From the human T2T-CHM13v2.0 reference genome, Homo sapiens: 64,000 nucleotides of DNA. A program made the position numbers and the translations under genes. The stretch is taken from NCBI RefSeq assembly GCF_009914755.1, contig NC_060937.1. One strand, 5' to 3'. Below, piece after piece: positions 37,835 to 52,461 of this stretch. The notes under the pieces were generated by a model. It had not been told where the DNA came from, made no database searches, and saw only the letters and a list, made by a program, of their open reading frames with translations. The stretch's first letter is position 1. Every line of letters begins with the position of its first letter.

Positions 37835-39080
37835 TGTCATGGTATCTTTTGGGTGTCACTTATCTGGCTGGAAACCTCTGTAGCTGACGGCAACTTTGTC
37901 CAAATTCTTTTCTTGTGTGCAGGAAGAATAAGGTACACAGACAAGTGGAGGGTGAGCAAATGAAGAGGACCTTTTCTGAGTGTTAGAACAGCTCAGAGGA
38001 GATCTGCAATGAGTAGATCCTCTCTGTAGGCAGGCCATCCCATTGAGTGTTAAGATCTCAGCAGAGAGGAGGTCTGGAGTGGGTGGCTCTTCTCTGATGG
38101 TAGGTCATCCCAGTGAGTGTTCAGCTCTCAGCAGAGAGGAGGCCCTGGAAAGGGTGGTTCCTCTCTCCAGGCAGGTTGTTCAAAGGTCTGCAGCCTTCAG
38201 CAGAGAGGAGGCTCTGGAGAGGGTAGCTTCTCTCTGTCCTTGGTCGTACCACCATCTGCTCAGCTCTGGCTGAGCCTGGGGATTTTATGAGCCTTAGAGA
38301 GAAGAAAGTGTGTGCCAATTGGTCCATGGGTGGCCATGGGTGGGCCCAGAAAATGCACCACACATTCCCACTCTGGTCCATCAGACTGGCAGCCTAGACC
38401 CCAGCTTTCAGGCCCTCCCTGGTCTGAAGGTGTGGCCTCACTGGGGACACTCTGTCTTCCATCCAGGAATCTCTCTGCCTCCTGCTGCCATTCATGGCCC
38501 CCAGGCTCAGCCCTGACTTTGCTCTGAGATCAAAGTAGACTCCGAAAGCAGGCAGAAGCCAGTCAGCAGGAGGAGGCACTTCTGAGCTTGTGAGGGCAGG
38601 GGGGCCTTCCCAGGCACCCAAGAGTGCAGGAATGCCTGAGTCTGAAGCCAAGGTTTGGGCAGCTGCAACTGCACCTGGGGTGGGTTGGGGTTCCTGCCTA
38701 CTCCATGGAGTGGGATTCGTGGGTCTGCAGCTATGGCTTGGGTGGCTGCAGCTGTGCCTGGGAAGGCGGGGCTTCTGTCTGCTTCTGGCCCCCCAAGAGC
38801 ACAGGGAACCTGGAATCTGCAGCCACAACTTGGGTGGCTGCAGTCCTGCCCAGGAGGGCAGTGCTCCTGCCCACTCCATAGACCTGGAGGCACAGGTTTG
38901 CAGCTAAATTTGGATGGCTGCCATGGCACTCAGGGAGCTCCTGCTCCAACTCAGAGGGATGGGGCTTCCACTTGTTCCCAGCCCCAACCAACTCCATGGA
39001 GCATGCAGCCCCAGCCACACCTTCCTGATGCAGCCAGCATGATAGCAATGGCAGGCCATCTGGAGTGTCTGCTGCCATCA
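37835..39080 (-). mobile_element. ERV1 3' LTR, MER52-like (~1.25 kb)
   Basis: Minus strand begins TGATGGCAGC immediately after a polypurine tract (GAGGTGGGGG) and ends ...TGACA; GC-rich body resembles MER52. Confidence 0.75.
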
Positions 39081-42000
39081 ACCCCCACCTCTGAGGTGTT
39101 ACATCTAACTGCTGTTAGGATAGGGCTGATGACCACTCTTTACTGCTTCATGCTGACAGGGGGTATTGTTTGGGGATAAATGGCAGTTAGATCTTTCTTA
39201 GAGGCATATCTAAGGGTCCCAGGTAAAAAGGGAGCCAATCATTCAAGGCTCCAGTTGCATGATTGCTTGAACTTTGATGGTTTCTAGGCAAGAAGAAACG
39301 AATTTTACAAGGAGGTTAAAGTTTGAAATGGGCTACAGCTGTTTCACTCTGGTGGAAGAAATTTAATCTTGGATGCAGGCAATTAAACTTTAAGAGAGAA
39401 ATAGATGTTTAGGTGAGTATTTAATACCTTGGGAAGGGGTCCTTGACAAAGATGCCTTATGATGAGGAACAGAACAAAGGTGAGAATAGTAAGCATAGGA
39501 TATCTGTGGAGGGTTAATTATTACTACTTATCTTTTTTAATTTTTACTTTGGTGTCCCTGATTTTTTCATGCCTATACTTCAGGTGCTCTCATGGGTTAA
39601 TGGAATAAATTTTGTCAGTTCCCCAGGCCTTAACTCAGGTATAATGAATCCAACAATTTATTCCAGTGACCTTCACTGCCATAGGAGTAGGAAGAAGTAG
39701 AGTGTAAAGTCTCTCCTATTCCTAGCCTAGAGAAAAAGAAAGTGAAGGAAGTGTCATTACTAGTACTAAGTCTGCTGGGTTGAATAGAGGGACAAAGTTC
39801 ATGGGATTGAGAATCCAACATTTGTTTCAGCTCATATTGGAAACAGGCCAAAGAAATTATATGTTTAAATCAGAAGTTTCTTGGTCTAGCAAGAAATCAT
39901 TGGTGAGAAAAGGCTATCCACACATCATTTCAAAGGGACTTAAACCCAGCTTCATGAGGTGTTGCTAACACATATAGGGCTATAAGGAGAAGAGTAATCT
40001 GGGAGAGATTAGTCTCTTGAGACAGTTTTCTAAGGTGCTTTTTGATAATAGCATTTGTCTTTTTTTTTTTTTTTTTAACTTTCCCTGAGGATTGTGGTCT
40101 CCGAGCACAATGAAGATGGTATTGTATGCCTAGTGCCCTTGAGAAACCCTGGGGGACAGCTGCCTTGAACGAGGTGCCATTATCACTATGATCACTATGA
40201 TCATTATGAGAGCACTTAGGAAGTCGAAAGTGAAGAATTATCTCAATAATTAGTACTTTTATCACCTCAGAGGCTTTCTCTGTCTAGCATGAGATTGCTT
40301 CTACCCAGTTAGTGAAGGTATCTACCCATACTAGGAGGTACAGGATGCCCCTTGTGTTGGCATATGGGTGAAACCCATTTGCCAGACTTCCCCAGGTAAC
40401 CCCCCATTTTTTTGTGTTCTGGGGGAAAAGAAGCCATCGATTGAGGGGATTATTTTTCAGGCAAGTCTTACAAGCATTAATGTCCTGTTTGACCATTTTT
40501 AGCAAATTTTTGCCTGAGAACAACCTTTCAGCCATAGGATAGGTTTTATCCTTACCTAGTTGAAAGGCATGGTGGAGGATTTTAAGAACTTTCCATTGGC
40601 TGGAAGCTGGTAAATGAAGTTTGCCATCCCCTGATTGCAGTCATCCTGAGGACTGAAGGGTATATCCCCAAGAGGTAGCCCATTTATCTCCACAGAAGAA
40701 TGCTGAAGTTTTATTTCTTTTATGAAGCCCTCCGAGATCTGAGGGGGCTCTACTGGTTCAGAAGTCTGGGGCCCTCTCCTTACAGACTTAGCTGCTTTGT
40801 CTGCCAATTTATTTTCCTCAGCTATTTTACATGGCCTTAACAATGTGTTAATGACACTTCCCATGGAAGGAAGAATGAGGATAATATTTTGTTGATTTCC
40901 CAATGATATTAATGGAAGACCCACTGGCTGTGAAGAAGTCCCTCTCTTTCCAGATAGTGGCATGGGCATGGAGGACTTGGTAAAGGCAGGAGTAAACAAG
41001 AGGTCTCCCCAGCTACAACTAAGAGGTTGGGGAAAATATCAGGTTAAAGTTTTTCCTAAGACTCCCCTCATGGTCATGCTAAGAGAGGAGGGAAAGCCTG
41101 GATTGGAGAGGAGAGCTGAATGGCCTGATCCTGTGTCCAGGAGGAGGTCTACCTTCCTCTCTTTGAGTTCCAGAATCACCTGGGGCTCCTGGATGTTAAT
41201 GGTAGTCTGGACCACTGGAGCTGGGGAGAGGAGCCCCATGACCCATCAATCCTGCTGGACCATTTGAGGGACTGGCTCTAGACCCAGTGACCTGCGTTTC
41301 TGGGTACAGTACACCCTCCAGTGGCCCCCATTGCAAATTGGACAGGGTCAAAGTAGCTTCCTCCTGCTGTTCAGACAGTCCTTCATAAAGTGCTCTGGCT
41401 TGCTACATTTGTAGTAGCTGAAAACGCGTCTCAGAGACTCTGAGGTTTGTGAGCCTGCAGGGAAGTTATTAGAGCCTCTGCCTTTTCCTTGTATCTTCTT
41501 TCTCTTTTTTGGTCTTCCTCCTGGTTCCTATATTAAAGACCAAGGTGGCTACTTTCAGGAAATTCTCTAACATACTATTTGGTTCTATAACCTGTTTCTG
41601 TAGCTTCCCTTGATATCAGGGGCTGTCTGTGTGATAAACTTATCTTTTAGGATTAGCTGTCCCTTGACTGAATCAGCAGATAGAGAGGTAGGCTTTACCA
41701 AGGCCCTTCTTAGCCTTTCCAGGAAGACAATGGGATTCTGACCTAATCCCTGGCCTATCATGGATGGCTTGGATAATTGAAAGGCTTAAATCTAGTCCTT
41801 CATAAGACCTCCAGTATGCATACCTGAAGGTGTTTCTTCCTCCATTCTCCCATTTCATCATTGGGGTCTCATTTAGGACCCACCAATGGTATTGCTATTC
41901 TTCCAGTCACATAACTTTCATCCCCTTCCTTGGCCCTTTATGAGATACAAAAAGTCATCCCCAAAATGATCTGCTGTTTTTAGAGTGGCCTTTCAGCAGT

Positions 42001-44010
42001 AATCAGGGTTTGATTCACAAGCAACATGACATCATTCCAGGAGAGTTCAAATACCTGGGTTAAATTCAGGAAAGCCTCTATATACACCTCTCAGGATCGT
42101 CTGCAAACTTGCCAAGATCCCCCTTAATTTTCCTTAAGAACTGTAGAGAAAAGGGGACTTGGACCTTAATGGGGCCCTATTCACCAGGCATCTGTTGTAG
42201 GGGCAGGAGTGACACTGGGACCTGCCTAAAATATGTTTTTTAGGATGAGGTAAACTTGGAAGACAACCTGGATAGAGAGGTGTAGAGGCAGTTGATTCCT
42301 TAACTGGAGGGACCTCTGGGGTTTGTTTCCCTAGTTCCCGAGATTGCCCCTTGCAGCCTTTCCTGAGGTGGATGCTAGGAGGCTGAATCAATCCTACAAT
42401 ATTGGCAAAGGTCTGGACTATCCTGCAAGACAAAGAAGGCTTGCACAAATGAGGCCTTAGGCCACTTGCCCTCACATTTCCAGAAAAGGTCCAGCTACAG
42501 AATATTATTAAAAAAAATGCTTCCTTCCTGAGGTTAAGCTTCTCCTTCCTGCATAACATAATTCAGCCACACCATTGTGCAAAGGAATATGAGGCACTTT
42601 TTCTTCAGGGTCTGAGAGTCAAAGTAGTCACAGTGATTCAGGATACACTCTAGAGGGGTGCAGGCTGAAGAGTGTTGGTTACACATCTGGAAAAGAGGAC
42701 AGAGGATGAAAAAGTTTTCTTCCTCTCTCTTTCTAGCCTGAGGGTCAAAGGGGTCCCAGTGATTCAGGATGCACTCGAGAGGAGTCAGGTTGAAGTTGGT
42801 TGGTTACCCACCTGGAAAGAAGGAGAAAGGCATCCTTTTGTTATTTTATCTTTCCAGCTAATACCTGGGGTACATGAGGAAGAGAAAAAAGGCATCCCTT
42901 TTTTTCTTCCAACCTTATATTCCTGAGTCCTGGTGACCTGTGCAGGTGGCAACCATGGGTGCACATGTGACCTTGACCCATGAAGCAGGAAGCCGTAGCT
43001 GGCAGAAATATTCACACTCACCTGAGCTGTGCCTAAGCCTTCCACTGTCAATAACCTTTAAGTTCTCTAGACCGTATCTAAGCCATGAATGTGAGCATGA
43101 CCTCCTTCCATGAAGCAGAAGAGCCTAATCGGCAGGAATTAGTCATGCTCACCTGTGCTGTGCCCCTAGACTTATGCTGTCTTTTGCCTTTGTATCCCTC
43201 AGATCTAGTTTTCCTTTCTAGGGCCTCAAACTGAAGCTTGGGAAAAAGGTGTCTCAGGAGGGTGTATGAACCGATTAAGTTAGTCCCAGGCGGCCCTCAC
43301 CAAATTGCAGCCAGTAACCAGCAGGGCAGTCCTTCGGTTGCTTCCCTTTCATAAGCAGGCAAAGCTGTGGGACCAGGTCCTCCTCAACCAAGGGAGAGGA
43401 AGGAAGTCCCTGGAGTTGGGGATCTAGCCCAACAATGTGCCTCCTAAAAGGACAACTTAAGTGCAGGGGAGGGGAAGGTGCCTAGGGAAAAAAGCCTCTT
43501 GCCCTATGCATGTGGGTTCCTCCAACAGGGGAAAGAAAACTCAACTGTTATATTCTCCTTGATTCTAAGAATAGACAGACAGCACATTGTTCTCATTTAC
43601 ACTCCTGATGACTAAGCCAAATGCTCATTCTACCCAGTAATATTTCTGTAGTTTACAATAACATTATATACATTTAACATTGTATATAAAGAAGAGATAG
43701 GAACCATGATAGCCATGAAAATAAGAAAGGAAGAACAATAGGAAAGACTGGATGGAGGTCCTAGTACTGACACCCTAATGGGCAATCAGGGACTAAAGTT
43801 AGTCCAGGGGCCTTTGGAGAACTTTGAGGTGTGGCCTCAGCCAGCTACCCTCAGTTTCCCCCGGACCGCCTTCTGGCCCCATATGACAGCCAGACCTTCG
43901 TGAAGGGAAGCTGGGTTGGAACAAAGTCAACATTCCCAACACCCAGGAGTGATGGGGGATTGCCAGTATCCTCCCCAGCAAGCCTGTCCTGTGTGTCTTA
44001 AGTCAGGCAG
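39081..44010 (-). mobile_element. Degenerate ERV1 internal region (MER52-int/HUERS-P3-like): gag, protease, RNase H, integrase and env-end remnants
   Basis: ORF fragments: protease KVDLLLDTGSGHSALLS (41039-41239); integrase YLLVWVDTFTNWVEA (40284-40535) and DNGTSFKA...HCARRPQSSGKV (39930-40265); RNase H HAHATIWKER at ~40940-40970. Confidence 0.85.
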
Positions 44011-44129
44011 GCTGCTCCCTCTCTTCCTCTTTTTGTCTTTCTCTTTCTCCCTCTCCTCTTCTATCCTATCTTTTAGTCTAATATTCCTCTACCTAAACAT
44101 TCAGTATCAAAATTCTTCAAGTATTTATT

Positions 44130-44346
44130 TTAGGCTCAGTAAAATTAAACAGTCCAGATAGTAAATATTTTAGGGTTTGCAGGCCATATGGTTTCTGATG
44201 AAACTACTCAATTTGCTCTTTATAACATAAAAATAGCGGTATATATTATAGAAGTTAATGGCATGGCTGTGTTCCAATAAAACTGCATTTACAAAAGCAG
44301 ACAGCACCCAGATTTGGCCAGCAAGTTGTAGTTTGCCAGTCCCCTC
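44130..44346 (-). mobile_element. MER58A-like hAT-Charlie MITE
   Basis: CCAGATAGTAAATATTTTAGG...GGCTGTGTTCCAATAAAAC...GTAGTTTGCCAGTCCCCT matches the reverse of the MER58A consensus as I recall it. Confidence 0.8.
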
Positions 44347-44439
44347 TTTAGGCTCTCTCTTTCTCTCTCTCTTTCTCCTCTCTCTCTCTCTCTCTCATCT
44401 GTAAGTTATGGTATCTTTCCCATATGTTAAAATACACAC

Positions 44440-45400
44440 AAACTCTGACCACCGGTTAATAATATACATTGAGTCCAAAACTCTTCTGAGCTCTAGTCCT
44501 GTTTCCAATCAAATATTAGGTATTTTTCCACATGGATGTATCAATGGAACTGAGACAAAATATATCACAAATGCAATGTATGATTTTTCTTATCAATTTT
44601 CTCTTATTTCAACTTCCCAATATAAATATGTGGTGATACCATCCAGCCATTGTTGAAAATAAAGTACAGGCTCCTTTGGCTCTTCTCTCTTCATGAAGCA
44701 CCTGTGAATTACCAAGTTATATTGATTTAACATTAAAATGTATCTCAAATTCAGCCAAGTTTCTCCATTGCAATTGTGAGTTCTCTAATTTAATCTACAA
44801 TTATATCTTGCCTTTAATGCCTCCTATTTGTCTCTTCACTGTTTAATACACCACCTATTATTCTATTCTCCTGAAGTTAAGTTATACTCACAAAGTGGAA
44901 GGAAGTAAATTCAAATTATTTTCCTTCTTAAAATTATTTGATCTTAGTACAAAATAAGAATTTCCACATTTCACCTACAAGTTCTGTCATGATCTGGAAA
45001 CTTTGTAGTCTCTTCCTGCATCAGTCTTTCCTCACTCATTCATTTCCATCCATGTTAGCTTACTTTCAGGTCATTGAATCCATTAAACTTTTTTTCTTAC
45101 TTCTGAGATGAAAACATATGATGCTTCTTCAAACTGCAATGTCTTTCACTGACTCTTTGCTGATAACTTTCTATTTATCCTTCAGATCTCACATTATTAC
45201 GAATTTCTCAATCATGCATTCCAAGAACCTCGATCCAAATTTGGTATCCCTGTTGTAATTTTCATATTATTTATATTTTCCTTAGATAAATTGCAACAGT
45301 TTGTTATTATTTTTGTTTGATATGTGTTTAATTTCTTTCTCTTCTTACAGTGTAACCTCTAGCAAAATAAGGCTCATATTTATGTGTATCACAATTGTAT
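44440..45400. mobile_element. Degenerate L2 fragments
   Basis: L2-like phrases (TCCACATGGATGT, ATCCTTCAGATCTCA); weak, by eye. Confidence 0.45.
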
Positions 45401-45459
45401 GTCTAGTACTTTAAAAAGCGCAAAATATAATAGGATTTTAGTAAGTATTTAAAAATATT

Positions 45460-45645
45460 TGTCTGTACAAATAATTTAAAAAGTAGCTGGGTGTGGTGCA
45501 CACCTGTAGTCCTAGCTACTCTGAGGGCTAAAGTGGGAGGATCACTTGAGCCTACGAGGTTGATGCTGCAGTGAGCCCTGATCATGCCACTATACTCCAG
45601 CCTGGGTGGCAGAGCAAGACCCTATCTCAAAAATAAAAATAATAA
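45460..45645 (+). mobile_element. Alu right monomer (AluJ/FRAM-like)
   Basis: GCTGGGTGTGGTGCACACCTGTAGTCC...GGAGGATCACTTGAGCC...GAGCAAGACCCTATCTCAAAAAT. Confidence 0.85.
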
Positions 45646-47509
45646 TGATAATAATTGATATTTAAGCAATATTCCAAGATAGGAAAATAGCTTAGTAATT
45701 TATAATATACTGTATGGCTTTAAATAATTAAAATCATTTTATTCTTATATAATAAATTTAAGGACAGTAATATAAAGAAAAGACACTAAATATTTGGCCA
45801 AATATTCTGTGCAGTAGCAATAAATTACTACACAAATCTCCATGTAATGGGGGAGAAGAAGCTGCCCAAATTATCTTTTAAATGAAGGAAAATCTTATAA
45901 ATACATAGTGTGGTTTCACCACAGAAAATTCTAATGTTTTCCTATTGCTTCACCTCTTTCCCAGTGTTTGCTTATTATTTTACTTAATAATTTCTCTTGT
46001 TTTGTTATTGCTGTTTCTGTATATCAAATTTTGCGTGAAGTTAGATCACTAGAGTCACACCCATTAATTTCCACCCTCTATTGACTAAATAAGGTAAACT
46101 CATTTATAATTCAGTGAGCATAACTGGACATTAACTCAACATTTTAGGGTTAAAATCCCTTAAAATTGAGTAAATGTGAAAAGTGATCCTTTACAAATGA
46201 AAGCTGCTGTGGTGCAAAAGCAAAGCCTGTGTCCATTTACACAATAGCACTTCACGGGCCATATCTCTGCTTTGGCTTTCTGTTACTCTCTAGTATGTTA
46301 AAATACATATCACGCAAACATTCCTCTAAGAAGAAATAGCAATACATTTTTAATAAATTCTTAGCCAAATTTCCAGTTTCAGTGACAAGTATTTTGCTAC
46401 AAAGGTATCACTGACAAATTATATTTAAATAAATAAACTAAAATCTATTATTAAATGGCTTATCTCCTTTTCTGGAATGCAGAGTTCGTATTTGAGTTTG
46501 TCAGGAATTAAATAGCCATGCATTTTTAATAAAGCATGGATGAATATACCAATCATTTGAGAGTTATTGACATATCTATATCTGTACGATAGTGTCTTAT
46601 ACTATTTCTGCTCTTTTCTTAATAGGGTTTATACATTCAGTATTAATAATAGATGAACATTTTTAATTCATTTCTACTGTTGAATCCTATTTGTACTTCT
46701 GCAGGAACATTATTAAAACTGATTTTATAAAACTTATTTCTCATGACACGTGTATAGGCATTACTGTTCTTTAAAAAAATTCTGTGTGACTACAATTCTC
46801 AAATTATTATAAGTAAATTATTCATTTGTTAACTGCCAGACGTAACTGTTTTTTCTTGCACTGTTTTCCTTGAAGGTGGCCTTAGAAATGATATACTTAT
46901 CATTATCCAAGGAATATGTATTATCTACTAATCTCTTAGAAGGAGACATTACTCACCTTGCATACTGGTTTTCACTGAAATGCTAATAAATTTAGCCTAC
47001 AGGTCTGAGGTAATCTTTATTTTACACAAATAAGCAGGAACATTTACAGTTTTCCAGTAGTGGTCAGGTGATTTAAAGCTTCATGTCCACTTGTGTTTTT
47101 TAATTCACAATCACAGTGACAACAAAGGAATAACCCAGAATCAGTTTGTCTATGATATTAGGATAAAATGACCCTGAGTGACACATGAGTTCTGTCATAT
47201 CACAGTCTCAAAAATAAGAAATATATTTCATTCTCAAACAGTATTCTACTTATAAAAAGGAAATTTAAAAGTTACTTCTTTGATTTCAATGTCTAATTAA
47301 ATAGATCCCAAATTTTTGCATTTATCCTATTGATATCAAAATATATTTCCCCAGCAATGTTTTTCCAGTTGTTGCTTTCATAAACCAGAAACAGTATAAA
47401 CAGTTGTGGATTGTCATACTGTTAGAAAAATTTATTATTGCTAAGACAAGACATAAAATAAAAACAAGTGCCAAATAGAACAAAATAAAAAACAAACAAA
47501 CTCTTACTA

Positions 47510-48500
47510 TCTGCCGTTCACTAAACAGATGTTTGCTGAGCACCCATTTCATGCTGTGCAGCACTTTGCTAGGAACAGCAGAGAGAAAATAAACTGAATC
47601 ACCTTCCTGCTCTTAGGGACTGTATAGTGGGAGAAATAGAAAGAAACAAATATTCAAGGCAATAAATGTATATTACAAATGATATGCTCTATGCTCTGCG
47701 ATACTCTCTTAAAATACTGTGTAATGGATTTTAGGTTTCTGATCCAGGGAAGGGCTCTGAAGAAATGGCATTTAAGTTGAAGACTTGAGGATAAAGGGTC
47801 AGTCAAGTATATCAGAGGAAAAGAACATGCCAAGAAGAAGAAATAATATGTGCACAAGGAGCAGATACATACTATTACAATTATTTTATTTTTATTGCTA
47901 TTATTGCTATTTTATTGCTATTATTGCTATTTTAAAAATTTCCATTATTCCCAAATGCATTTCATTCTATTATTCAAGAAAGTTTACACTTGGCCTGGAA
48001 GGTCAAAAGCAAACATGGCAGACAAGTATGGGTGCTAAATCTAACCTAAACTATGTGCTTCAACATGGAAGAATCTTCAGCGGAAGTGACATACTCAAAC
48101 AAATTACAGATTGAGTTGGTCAGGAGAAATGGGGAGAGGCATAAGTAGTGCCTGTGATGAGGCTGAACAGAAATAAAGAGCAGTTTACCTCCTCAGGGGT
48201 CTTTCCAGATAAATTTGAAAGCTAGGATTGAAGTGCTTCAGCAGGACAGTGACATGGACTGATTTATATTTTTACATAAATAAACTTTGTTTTTCAGAAG
48301 GACTCTGACTACATGTAGAGAAATACTATCTTGAAAAGAAAAAACAACAACAAAAACCACATAAATACAGATAAAGCAGTTTAAAAATGTAGTTTTCTAG
48401 ATATTCAATGGTAGGTGATAAAGGATGGCAATGAAAAGTATAATATAAAAAGGACTCAAAGGAAGTTTAGCAGGTAGTAGCATTGACATGAATTAGTAAT
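47510..48500. mobile_element. L2 fragments, opposite orientation to those at 44.4-45.4 kb
   Basis: TTCACTAAACAGATGTTTGCTGAGCACC...GCACTTTGCTAGG is typical of an L2 3' end read antisense. Confidence 0.5.
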
Positions 48501-51500
48501 TTATTCAGTAGAGATAAGGTCAAATTAAATTATATCAATATCCCATTTAAATATTTTATCTAATATATAAATGCATATTTATAACAATATGACAACAGTG
48601 TATATCTATAGATTCTGAAAGTATGCTTATTTTTAAGTTCATATTTTTAAAATTTACTCACAATGACTACATATCAAAATATGAAATGTATTAAAATATA
48701 GGAAATTTTGTTGAAAGTGTCAGCTATTCTGTTTATATTTTCCTACTCAATAACCCAAAGCAGCAATTTGCAGAATTTCTAAGATAATAATTCTAAATAA
48801 GATGTCCCTTATTTTTCTCCTTTATGAATGACACAACCCAAAACTTCATCTTTATTAATTGACTTGTTGTCTATTTGTGCCAAGGTCCCTGTCAGGAAGA
48901 TTCATAATGAATTATATTATTTTGATATCTTGTCTGTCATTTTTTTTTCATAGCATGTATTTCCTACTTGAGGTACCCATGTGGTTAATTAACTTTATGG
49001 GCAGTAGCACGACACATATGAAAAAGTTAATGTCAAGGGAAGAACATGGATTCTGTGAATCCCTGATATCCAGACTGTAGCTATGAGTGAGATTTAATTG
49101 CCTGGCCTCAACCCTATTGTCCTGGTTCTTGGAAATAAAATGCACCCCTGAATGCCATCATGGATATATAATTACAAATATAGTACAACCTCTGATTCAC
49201 ATACAATATAATCCATATTTCTTGTTGGATTTACATCTGAGTCTTGGTTTTTCTGTCCATTTTCCACCTGGAACTAGTCTTCAGCTCTGACCTTCAAGGC
49301 TGTAGCCCTGGAGTGGATGCTAATTCTTAGAGTTTATCTCTACTTGTATTATGCCTCAGCTGGTGCTAATCCTGTCACCACTCAAAAGAAAATTCTGGAA
49401 CCAGGATTTTGGCATCTACTATACACAGAGAAGCATTTTTTTTCTAGGACTCCTTGACTATATTATTGTATTCCCAATTTTGAAGTTAGGTGACTTGCAT
49501 ATTGATAATATCCATGACTAATCTTAAATTACCCATGTCTTTTGTTCTTTGAGAGCTTGTTTTATGAAGGAATTGAAGTTGGATCTAGGGAGATATGATG
49601 TATATCTAATTCCAGATCTTAAGAGAATGTATTTAAATTCACACATAGCATTCAGTCTCTGAAAAAGTATCATTTTATATCTAAGTTTTAGATTATATGC
49701 ACCTAGAAATCAGAGCACTTCTAACTGTATCTTAAACTGCAGTAGGCCAAAAACTTTCTTTGCCTGATTGGAAAACTGTGCACATAACATAATTCCAAGA
49801 CTCTATAAATATTTTCTTAAAGATAATTTTTCTGATTTGGCAGGTTGTTTGAAAGGTGTTGTTCTCATATGTTTTCATACATTCTTTACAAAAGATCTAC
49901 CCCAAAATAGGGAAAAAATCATGCTATCTATAAAACATTTAAAATTGTGTGTAGTCAATAATTTTACTCTCGTGTTTCTGGACTGGCGAATATAAAATAT
50001 TGGCATATTGAAGTTTTAAAAAACCTGCTTGCCATCATTTTTTTTTCAGTTTTTAAACATTTTTAACTGTATCACTTTGTGCTTTTTTTTTTCCTTTTCC
50101 AGATGAGAGAAAAGGGCTCATTAATTCTCAATGAATCTAAGGTCACAAATTTATTAAGTGGGGATAATAGGTGTAGGGCTTCTGCTTTATGGTGCCTTTT
50201 GCAAGTTCTATGCAGCCTGCTTAGTTTCCGCAGTCCTCTCTGACATATTCATTTGTTTATGGTCTCCTATCACTTCCTATTCTACACGTGTCACTCAGAG
50301 AACTCCATTAACACTAGTGTAGTTCTTAACTACCTCTTTGTTAGCATGAGTGGTTTGCTTTACAGATTCTTTCTTAATCAGATAAAACATTTCTAGGTAC
50401 AATTTTAAAAAATTTTGTTTAACCAGATGGCTGAGCTAATAAATATCATGTTTCAGGCTATTTAAAGGTCTTTTAAATATTTGATGGTGGTATGAAATAA
50501 GTTGAAAATTTGCTGAAGTTTTGTTTTTATTAAAAAATATTAATAGCTTTCTGTTTAATTAGTTTAACCTCATTTACTTAGTAAACAAATTACTTCACAC
50601 TATAAATTCAAAACCATTTTCTGAATGCACTAAGGCTTCTGTAAATAAGAATGTCTAAGGCAAATTTTTACTACAGGAAGTGTTACTGGTAACTAAGGAT
50701 CAAAAGTCTAAAAGGACAGTTTCTTGTATGTCAACACCAAAAAACTCCCAAAGTGTATGTTTGGATTTAGTTTTCTGTTCTATTTCTGTTTTGTCTTAAG
50801 GGGAAACTCTAACTAATAGTAACCGGAAAAGCAAAACAAACAAACAAATCTGCCATTGAACTTAAAAATGCAAAAGTAATGTATATTTATGTGCATAAAT
50901 ACTTTTTATTCTTGCTCTTATTGCATTGTCTTTTCATTTGCAGCAGAAATCTTGTAGATCCTTAAACAAAGCCATACTTTTTCATATAAAAAATTAATAA
51001 ATTAAACTTTCTCAAAAATAAATTTCTATTACTGTATTTTCAGGCTATAAAGTAATAGGCTTCCGAGACATTATAAGAAGTGTCTTCAGTGAACTCAATG
51101 TCACAGATTTCTTTACTCTCCATATTGGAATATAAAATCTGAAATAACTTTATAATAAGATGAAGTTGAGAAAGAGAATGTAGTGATTGAAGACTGGTCC
51201 TTTCATTTTTCTTTAAAGGTTTTTTTTCAGTAATACACATCGATTACACTTTTTAATCACAATAAAGTTCTGTCTCTACATTACAAATACTATTAATTCA
51301 ATTCTCATATATCTGCCATGTGCATAGTGCCACCTGTTCTGCAATAGCAGAGCTCCAACACCTGGCTTTTCTCTGTTTTGTATTATTAATCAAGCACATG
51401 TGTAGAAGTTTTATGTTGGCAGTTCATACCACACTCATGTGAATCCTCATTCTTTGTAAAGTTAGGATCAAGAAAGAATGGAGAATAGAACCAGAGATAT

Positions 51501-52461
51501 CAGTTGGCTTTACATACAACCTGCTTAGGTGGCTTCCTATATGGTGTGTTCTGGAATTTGCTTGCAAGCTAGCATATCCTCAAATATGTTCCATTAATTC
51601 AAAATGGTGCCTGAAATGACTACCAGTATAACAGAAATGCACTTTTTATCTCTATACATTTCAGTTTTCCCAACTGTAAATTGAGGGCAAAAAATATCTA
51701 ATTCAAGTGATGGAAAGATATAAGTTAACTATCACAATAAGTATAAAATATATGGAGATATTGTGGTTTTGATAATGCTTACATAAAAATCTATAAACTG
51801 ACACATAAATGTATTTGTATACTGCCTCCTCAACTATGTTTTTATAAACTGGAAGAGTGAGACAGTTTATATTTTCACAAAATGTGTACGTGGAGGCATT
51901 CTAGGCTTTTAGCGGATGGGGACAAGAGTGCATGGTGTCCTGTTAGGCAAGGAAATGCCACAAATATTAAATAATTATTTTGCATTTTCCATGAGTTTTG
52001 TATGTTCAACTTCTATTCATATAACAAAAAGTTTGTAATCTGAGTATAAAAATGTACTTTATAAATATATAAATATATCAACATGAATTTTGTACATTTT
52101 TTTATAAATGCAATTTCAAAATCCAAGTATCTTGTGAATTAGGAAAAAAAATCCTGTTTAATTTTATTCAGAACTCTATCAAAAGTGATTCTGTATGAGA
52201 ATCAGGCCTCTGATTGTAATGGTTTTTATGGTACTGGATCACTAATATTAAAAAATAAATTGTCTTCACATGTGATTCCATCTGGGATTGCAAGTATTCA
52301 TTTTATCATTTAGCTTGGCCACACTGTAACACATTAAAATTCATATTTATTTTCTTATGAAGTATTTGTATTTAGTAGTTTGTATTGTTAGGGAATTATA
52401 TTTATGTTAAAAATTATGTGTGTAGATAGGTTGTATTGTCTTTAAAGTCATTTTGAAAGAG

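Noticed and set aside
38394-39179. Several overlapping 100-170 aa ORFs
   Set aside because: They lie within a GC-rich LTR where stop codons are rare; no protein similarity recognised.
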